Source: Patescibacteria group bacterium (lineage in GTDB: Bacteria > Patescibacteriota > Minisyncoccia > Phycocordibacterales > PALSA-1337). From it: 53,990 nucleotides of DNA. This document shows, piece by piece, positions 47,828 to 53,990 of the stretch; position 1 is the first letter of the stretch, and the number at the start of each line of letters is the position of its first letter. The position numbers and the translations under genes are program-made. Under the pieces are notes generated by a model. The model worked only from the letters and a program-made list of their open reading frames with translations. It searched no databases and was not told the DNA's origin. The stretch is from positions 1 to 53,990 of the forward strand of contig JANLHG010000020.1 in NCBI GenBank assembly GCA_024654575.1, read 5' to 3'.

Positions 47828-49021
47828 TTAAATAGGTAAATTTGAAGGAGCTTCCGATTTTTTTGAAGGAATACGAGTAAGTGTTGGAGTCGCTGTAACT
47901 CTGCCTGGAAAATGAAATACTGAAGCTAATTCCTCGTTATTCATAATAAATTTCGTGCCTATGAATGGAGGGTAGAAAAAAGAGCGACGTTTATAAGCTT
48001 CTAATCCTTTTTTTCGTGTTTTGTTTTGCTTTCTGTTTTTGAAATCCTGCCAAGGATAATCAAAATTATCAAGCCAACCGGTGCTTTTAAAACTATTTAA
48101 ATGAGGAGCGGTATAAGATTGCAACATGGATTTTAATCCACCTATCTGATTTTTATCAAAACTTTCTTGAGCGCCAAAATAGATTGCACGCATTCCAACA
48201 TCGAAGGGGATTTTTGATGTTTGTCTTTCTATAGCAGCAATTCGTTCTAGTTGTCCTTTGGTAGGATTTGGGAAACGTAATGACTCTTTATTTTCACTTT
48301 TAGGAATTGCCTCTTTTTGTATTTTTTCAATTTCTTTTTTAGCACCATCTTTCCATGGGTCAGGTTTAGCTTTATGAGCACGAATAATAATTTGTAACCA
48401 TACTTGTTGGTCCTTTCCTATTGACCCCATAAATTCAATAAGCTGATTTATTGGGTCAACTTTATTTTCTTCTTCTAGTTGATCTTTAGTATCTATGTTG
48501 TAATCTGCATAAGTTTTTATTGGATAAAAATCTTTCTCAGCTTTTTTAATATCAAAAACATGCAAACCCATTTTGTCTGGATTGAAATGTACCGACTTTG
48601 AGTAATCTTGAGCTAGATGTATTTCAATTCCAGGATATTGAGCATAAAGACCGTTTTCAATCAGACCTTTGAATTTTTTTTGAGCAAAAATATAAAATTT
48701 AACATCACCTTCAATTGAAACAATTTCAAGAGAAAAACTAGCGCGCATTTGACCTTTCCAGTATCTATCAATAAAGGTTGATTCACCTCCCTTTTGACTT
48801 AGGACCATTAAAAATGTTTCCATTGCCTGTGGAGATTTTAATATTTCTTGAGGTAATTTTATTTCTAATAATATATTATCTAAATTAGCAAAAAAATCCG
48901 CTTGAACATAATTTATCCAAGTTTTCCAGAAAATTATTATTAGAAATATCGGTAACCAATATGCGGAGTAATCAATCGTGAATTTAACTGCCTCGTAGAT
49001 GAGTTGGTCGATTAATGACAT
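47828..49021 (-). CDS. Conserved membrane-anchored hypothetical protein
   Basis: N-terminal TM; LLEIKLP..., FSLEIVS.EG, YPIKTY, NNEELASVFHFP, KKSEAPSNLP. Confidence 0.8.
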   Translation of the reverse strand: MSLIDQLIYEAVKFTIDYSAYWLPIFLIIIFWKTWINYVQADFFANLDNILLEIKLPQEILKSPQAMETFLMVLSQKGGESTFIDRYWKGQMRASFSLEIVSIEGDVKFYIFAQKKFKGLIENGLYAQYPGIEIHLAQDYSKSVHFNPDKMGLHVFDIKKAEKDFYPIKTYADYNIDTKDQLEEENKVDPINQLIEFMGSIGKDQQVWLQIIIRAHKAKPDPWKDGAKKEIEKIQKEAIPKSENKESLRFPNPTKGQLERIAAIERQTSKIPFDVGMRAIYFGAQESFDKNQIGGLKSMLQSYTAPHLNSFKSTGWLDNFDYPWQDFKNRKQNKTRKKGLEAYKRRSFFYPPFIGTKFIMNNEELASVFHFPGRVTATPTLTRIPSKKSEAPSNLPI

Positions 49022-49030
49022 ATGTCACTA

Positions 49031-50083
49031 TTATACAACCTTTTCTTTGTTTTGAGTAATAGAATATTTACCGTCTTTTCCTTTTGTGAAGAATTTAGGA
49101 TTTTGTAAATTAACCATAATAGTATTTTCTTTGACGTATCTTTCTTTTAAGACTTTTTCGATTATTTCTTCTTTGTTTAGAGTTCCATTTTTTTCAAGAA
49201 TTTTTTTGATAACATCTTTAACTACTCCGCTCATATAACCCCATTCAGAAAGTGCATAAAGTCCTCTTCCTACCAAAACAAATCGTGGATCTTTGATAAG
49301 TTCGTTGTGACAAGTAGCAATATGAGCTTTTTTCTTGAAAACTTGTTCTATACTTTTTGCTACTTCTTTAAAGTGGATTGGAGAACCGTGTTTTCGTATT
49401 ACGAGGAATGCATAATCACGCATACCCTTAGTTTTTATGTTTGGAGAAGTAGAAATACCCCATTCGCCAAGAGGATTTTTACCGATATTTTTTGAAATAC
49501 CAAGCCATCGTTTTACGATTTCTTGATTTTTGTATTTTTCAGAAACATCTTTAAGATGCTCTAAAAATGTTGAAACAATTTCGCTTTCAAGAACTAAATC
49601 CTTGTCTGTTAGTCCATTGTATAGTTTTCTAAGTGCTTCATGAACATCTTTGGCTAATTTTTCATTAACATGCCATCGATGACGAAATTCATCATCTTCT
49701 TTTTCTTTTTTGAATGCGTCACCAAGTACCAAAAGAAGATTTAGATGATTTTGTATGTTTTTATCTTTTGAAAAATGATTAAGAATATCGTCTTCTAAAA
49801 CAATACCTCCTAAAGAATGAAGAAGTTCTTCAATTTCATCAAAAGATTTTTTTTCTTGCTTATAAATTTCTGATTTTCTGATGTTATTAAGAGCGTAATT
49901 TTCAATTTGGCGTACTCTTTCTCTAGTGATTCCATAAAGCTTACCGATAGCTTCTAGAGTCATTTTATTGGTGTTTTTACCTAAGCCATAACGGCTGGTA
50001 ATGATTTCTTTAGCTCGGTCAGGTAGAACCGATAAAAGTTTCTTTGTTACTTGCTTTGGTTTAAGTTGTAATTCTGATGGCAT
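49031..50083 (-). CDS. Sigma70 region 4 + C-terminal winged-HTH (HARE-HTH-like) protein
   Basis: RYGL...TLEAIGKLYGITRERVRQIE; C-terminal CHNELIKDPRFVLVGRGLYALSEW. Confidence 0.85.
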   Translation of the reverse strand: MPSELQLKPKQVTKKLLSVLPDRAKEIITSRYGLGKNTNKMTLEAIGKLYGITRERVRQIENYALNNIRKSEIYKQEKKSFDEIEELLHSLGGIVLEDDILNHFSKDKNIQNHLNLLLVLGDAFKKEKEDDEFRHRWHVNEKLAKDVHEALRKLYNGLTDKDLVLESEIVSTFLEHLKDVSEKYKNQEIVKRWLGISKNIGKNPLGEWGISTSPNIKTKGMRDYAFLVIRKHGSPIHFKEVAKSIEQVFKKKAHIATCHNELIKDPRFVLVGRGLYALSEWGYMSGVVKDVIKKILEKNGTLNKEEIIEKVLKERYVKENTIMVNLQNPKFFTKGKDGKYSITQNKEKVV

Positions 50084-50126
50084 ACTCTATTTGTATCACT
50101 ATTATAATTTAAAGTCAAATGTTAGT

Positions 50127-52493
50127 TTATTCTACAACGAAGTTAATTAATTTGTTCTTTACAAAAATTGTTTTTTTAATATCTTTATCTTCTACCCATT
50201 TAATAATGTCTTTATTTTTCAAGGCTTTTTTAGTAATTTCCTGTTCTTCCATATTAGATTCAACTTCCATTAATGTTCTGATTTTTCCATTCACTTGAAC
50301 AACCATCTTCACTTTTTCATCTTTTATTTTGTTCTCGTAGTAAGCTGGCCAAGTGTCTGTGTGTATAGATTTAGTGTGTCCTAATTCGTACCATAATTCC
50401 TCAGTAACATGTGGTGCAAATGGGCAAAGAATTTTTAAAAATAATTCATACAAACTTTGATTAATTTTCTCTGCTTTTTCCATTTCATTTGCGAGTATCA
50501 TCATATGAGAAATAGATGTATTGAAGCTCATTGTTTCTATGTCGTCTCCTATTTTTTTGATTGCCTGATGAACCTTCTTTTCAAGATTATTTTCCACTGG
50601 AACATCACTTATTTTATCTTTTAACTTCCAGATTTTTTCAATAAATCGGCGTGGACCAATAATACTCTCTGTTTTCCAAGAAAATTCCTGCTCAAATGGT
50701 GCTGCAAACATTTCATAAACTCTTAAAGTGTCTGCGCCGTATGTTTCAATTATTTGGTCTGGATTAACCACATTTCCACGGGATTTTGACATTTTTTCTC
50801 CATTTTCAGCTAAAATAAACCCATGTGAAGTTCTTTTTTGATAGGGCTCGCTTGTCGGAACAACTCCTATATCAAATAAAAATTTGTGCCAAAAACGAGA
50901 ATAAAGAAGATGTAGAGTAGTATGCTCCATTCCACCGTTGTACCAATTCACTGGAGTCCAATATTTAAGTTTTTCAATATCTGCAAGCATCTGATCATTA
51001 TTTGGGTCTATATAACGAAGATAATACCAAGAAGAACCTGCCCAATTTGGCATTGTATCAGTTTCTCTTTTTGCACTACCTTTACATTTTGGACATTTAG
51101 TATTAACCCAAGAATCTATTTTGGAAAGTGGTGATTCTCCTGTATCAGTTGCTTTGTAATTCTCTACTTCTGGCAAAATTACAGGCAAACTTTCTTCTGG
51201 TACCGGCACCCATCCGCATTTAATGCAATTAATCATTGGTATCGGCTCGCCCCAGTATCGTTGTCTAGAAAAAATCCAATCACGAAGTTTGAAAGTAGTT
51301 ACCATTTTTCCACCGACAGTTTCAGTCATTTTTTTTCTACCTTCTTCGGTATCATTTACTTCAATTTCTTTAATAGGTAAATTGTATTTTTTAGCAAATT
51401 CAGAATCTCTTTCATCATGTGCTGGTACTGCCATTATCGCTCCTGTACCATATGAAGCGAGTACATAATCAGCTATCCAAATAGGTAATTCTTCGTTGTT
51501 CGCTGGATTTATAACTTTTACACCTTTTAATTCAACTCCAGTTTTTACTTGCACTGAGCCCGTCGAAGTGTTTGTAGTTCTTTGAATTTCTGTTTTATTT
51601 TTTGTTTGTGCAATATAGTTTACAATGTCATCCCAATTTGTAATTTCAGGTTTTAGTTTTTCAATCAGTTCATGTTCTGGAGCTAAAACAACATAAGTTG
51701 CCCCCAAAAGAGTATCTGCTCTAGTGGTGAAGACTTTTAAGGAGCCAGGCTCCTGTGGGAGCCTGGCTCCTACAAGTTTAAACTCAATCTCCGACCCCTC
51801 ACTTTTTCCTATCCAATTTCTTTGTTGAATTTTTATTCTATCTAAATAATCAACTTCATCTAAATCTTTATCTAATCGTTCAGCATATTTTGTAATAGCA
51901 AGCATCCATTGTTCTTTTTCTTTTTTTTCTACAGAAGTTCCACATCTTTCACATTTTGAATCCACAACTTCTTCATTAGCAAGGCCAATTTTACAAGATG
52001 GACACCAATTGATTGTCATCTTTTTTTTGTATGCTAGATTATTTTTAAAAAATTGCAAAAAAATCCACTGTGTCCATTTGTAATATTGGGGGTCAGTGGT
52101 ATTTATTTCTCTTGACCAATCAAACGAAAAACCTGCTGATTTAAGTTGTTTTCTAAAATTATCAGTGTTTTGTTTAGTCACAACCGCTGGATCAAGACCC
52201 ATTTTAATAGCGTAATTTTCCGTTGGGAGTCCAAAAGCATCCCAGCCAATTGGATAAAGGACATTAAATCCTTGCATTCGTCTTTTACGACAAATGATAT
52301 CCATTGCTGTGTTGCTTCGTAAATGGCCGGTATGCATTCCATCACCTGATGGATATGGGAATTCTATTAGTCCGTAAAATTTTTGTTTCTCTTGTCCTGA
52401 GGAATTCGAAGGGTTTTTTACCTCATATATTTTGTCTTCTTCCCATTTTTTTTGCCATTTTTCTTCTATTTCTTTATGATTGTAGTTTTTCAT
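50127..52493 (-). CDS. leuS: Leucine--tRNA ligase
   Basis: FPYPSG.GMHTGH, GWDAFGLP, GTGAIMAVPAHDERD, SRQRYWG, KMSKS. The real start is the ATG at 52493 (MKNYNHKEIE). Confidence 0.98.
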   Translation of the reverse strand: MKNYNHKEIEEKWQKKWEEDKIYEVKNPSNSSGQEKQKFYGLIEFPYPSGDGMHTGHLRSNTAMDIICRKRRMQGFNVLYPIGWDAFGLPTENYAIKMGLDPAVVTKQNTDNFRKQLKSAGFSFDWSREINTTDPQYYKWTQWIFLQFFKNNLAYKKKMTINWCPSCKIGLANEEVVDSKCERCGTSVEKKEKEQWMLAITKYAERLDKDLDEVDYLDRIKIQQRNWIGKSEGSEIEFKLVGARLPQEPGSLKVFTTRADTLLGATYVVLAPEHELIEKLKPEITNWDDIVNYIAQTKNKTEIQRTTNTSTGSVQVKTGVELKGVKVINPANNEELPIWIADYVLASYGTGAIMAVPAHDERDSEFAKKYNLPIKEIEVNDTEEGRKKMTETVGGKMVTTFKLRDWIFSRQRYWGEPIPMINCIKCGWVPVPEESLPVILPEVENYKATDTGESPLSKIDSWVNTKCPKCKGSAKRETDTMPNWAGSSWYYLRYIDPNNDQMLADIEKLKYWTPVNWYNGGMEHTTLHLLYSRFWHKFLFDIGVVPTSEPYQKRTSHGFILAENGEKMSKSRGNVVNPDQIIETYGADTLRVYEMFAAPFEQEFSWKTESIIGPRRFIEKIWKLKDKISDVPVENNLEKKVHQAIKKIGDDIETMSFNTSISHMMILANEMEKAEKINQSLYELFLKILCPFAPHVTEELWYELGHTKSIHTDTWPAYYENKIKDEKVKMVVQVNGKIRTLMEVESNMEEQEITKKALKNKDIIKWVEDKDIKKTIFVKNKLINFVVE
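51547..51570. repeat. REP-like element inserted in frame in leuS
   Basis: ACTTGCACTGAGCCCGTCGAAGTG; shares CTTG..CTGAG-N4-TCGAAG with 52391-52413. Confidence 0.6.
51740..51771. repeat. GC-rich perfect inverted repeat within leuS
   Basis: AGGAGCCAGGCTCC-TGTG-GGAGCCTGGCTCCT (14-bp arms, each arm itself palindromic). Confidence 0.85.
52391..52413. repeat. REP-like element inserted in frame in leuS
   Basis: CTTGTCCTGAGGAATTCGAAGGG, encoding PSNSSGQ. Confidence 0.6.
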
Positions 52494-52522
52494 TAAATTA
52501 ATCTTACACCATTTTTGTCTAT

Positions 52523-52554
52523 AAAAAAAGCGCTTTGATGATCCACCAGAGCGC
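52523..52554 (-). terminator. Intrinsic terminator
   Basis: Minus strand AGCGCTCTGGTG-GAT-CATCAAAGCGCT followed by a T run. Confidence 0.7.
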
Positions 52555-52578
52555 TGTGTGTTAAAAACATACTTTTTT

Positions 52579-53508
52579 CTATTCATTCCATTTTTGTTCC
52601 AATTCTTCGAAAAAAACAGACAGTCCAACAAGACACGCGAGCGCTTGCGCCGGATTGTCCATATTATGACAACTGACGTCGCAACCCCTTTTTTCAGTGT
52701 CTCTTCTACTATTTTCGTTGATTGTATAAACGCCGGCGGCATCACCAGGAATCGTAAGACAAAGGTTTGCATCCTCTCGGATTTCTGCTCGTAAATAATG
52801 ACAATTGTAATCATTATTTTGTTTTTTCATCATATAAAACCACGAATGTTTCAGTGCGTCTGAAATCTTATTTTCTAATGCAACACAACAATTTTTTCCA
52901 GTTGCGATTACATCTCGTAATAGAATTAAACCATCTTTACTTAAATGGCCACTCATGGAACTGCCATGCATATTACGTTCAGCACAGATACTAAGACTAA
53001 ACAGTTGTGGTAATACATCTTTCGACATTTCCACTTCTAATCCCATATTAAGAAGATTAAATAGGATTTGTAGGCTTTCAGTAATCGTATATGCATTGTC
53101 CCATTGATACACCATTTGATTTTTTGAACCATTACAATGCGGGCATTGACGATTGTTATATTCACCAGTGTTGTTACAGTTTTGACATGACAACCCTGTG
53201 GATATATGAATACGAGGTAAACTAATCGAAAATACCACAAATTTAGTTTCCGGAATCACGCATTTACGAAAAATACTTTCATTAAAACCGAAAAAATCTT
53301 TCGTGAGGTCAAAATTAAAAGAAGAAAATAAATTTTCAGATATTTTTTTCTTTGCATACTGCATTAACCCTGAATCCTTAGGGATTGCTGGCACTGCTTG
53401 AATGTATGCTTCCGATATATGGATTTCCAACTTATTTTGGACTGGCTTCCATCGAAGTTTATACCAAGACGGTATCGTGTCAAAAAGCAGAAATTTTTTA
53501 TCGCTCAT
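52579..53508 (-). CDS. Hypothetical protein with a DnaJ-type Zn-finger-like segment
   Basis: 309 aa; CQNCNNTG...CPHCNGSK; AAAGG SD-like sequence upstream. Confidence 0.75.
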   Translation of the reverse strand: MSDKKFLLFDTIPSWYKLRWKPVQNKLEIHISEAYIQAVPAIPKDSGLMQYAKKKISENLFSSFNFDLTKDFFGFNESIFRKCVIPETKFVVFSISLPRIHISTGLSCQNCNNTGEYNNRQCPHCNGSKNQMVYQWDNAYTITESLQILFNLLNMGLEVEMSKDVLPQLFSLSICAERNMHGSSMSGHLSKDGLILLRDVIATGKNCCVALENKISDALKHSWFYMMKKQNNDYNCHYLRAEIREDANLCLTIPGDAAGVYTINENSRRDTEKRGCDVSCHNMDNPAQALACLVGLSVFFEELEQKWNE

Positions 53509-53570
53509 TATTTACCTTTCGTTGATTGTTCTAAATTAAAGGTATTATATTAAATTTGAGAAGTCAATTT

Positions 53571-53990
53571 TTAGTTATTCTTAAACTTTTTTATCGCTAC
53601 CCAGACTAAAATAGCTAAAGCAATTCCTAGAATGATTACTTTAACCAGATTATCTGCAGAACTCCAATATCTCATTGAGGCGATAATAAAAGATAAAACT
53701 CCAGCTAAAGAAAGTGCTGTACTAATTAACATATTTCCTGAAAAAAAGTTTCCGATGGCCACAATAATAGCACCTAAAATTACTAAAGTAATAAAGACAT
53801 TTCTATCATAAACTTTCCGTGCGGTTTCAAAATCATTTCGACAAGTGAATTGTAGATCACAATATCCAATTGGTCTTATTTCGCCAATTTGTACTGGTTT
53901 TGAATAATAATTATCATTAGTCCACTGTCCGCCTTTATCTACACAAGCTTTTTGATTATCTGGAATTGTCACTACTTGTGAAGTGTTAGG
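53571..53990 (-). CDS. Membrane protein (5' part outside window)
   Basis: Frame is open to the window edge; Cys-containing loop followed by three TM helices. Confidence 0.75.
   Translation of the reverse strand, partial: PNTSQVVTIPDNQKACVDKGGQWTNDNYYSKPVQIGEIRPIGYCDLQFTCRNDFETARKVYDRNVFITLVILGAIIVAIGNFFSGNMLISTALSLAGVLSFIIASMRYWSSADNLVKVIILGIALAILVWVAIKKFKNN

Noticed and set aside
52494-52814. 107-aa N-terminal extension of LeuS in the ORF track
   Set aside because: It runs through a terminator and the neighbouring ORF; LeuS similarity starts at MKNYNHKEIE.

Overview
AT-rich bacterial chromosome segment using code 11 (TGA is a stop). Gene content and style point to Patescibacteria/CPR, probably Parcubacteria; this is an inference. 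The backbone carries valS, rpsA, pth, lepB, a degenerate HisRS paralogue, rpsU, ybeY, ftsA/ftsZ, trxB-like, typA, pyrG, mraY, scpAB, aspS, trpS, dnaJ, dnaX, dus, mltG, leuS and five tRNAs (Phe, Arg, Ser, Glu, Gln). An accessory region of about 16 kb (27.3-43.5 kb) next to tRNA-Gln holds DpnI-like and MTase/MutH remnants, an XRE-associated Trx-CcdA-MsrAB redox module, and a defence block (PHP-ATPase, fused HsdM-S, HsdR, TIGR02391 protein). The strongest candidate for an undescribed system is a pair of orphan PemK/MazF genes 32 kb apart. Each is followed by a convergent ~90-nt element with its own predicted promoter and the same architecture (5' UACA, a C(UUCG)G hairpin, a GNRA hairpin, and a terminator overlapping the toxin stop), suggesting an RNA antitoxin. 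Other notable signals are an adenine-depleted C-terminus that looks like a remote DGR target, a GIY-YIG gene bracketed by a duplicated tRNA-Gln 5' end, and three in-frame palindromic insertions in leuS. All calls were made by eye from the sequence; no searches were run.
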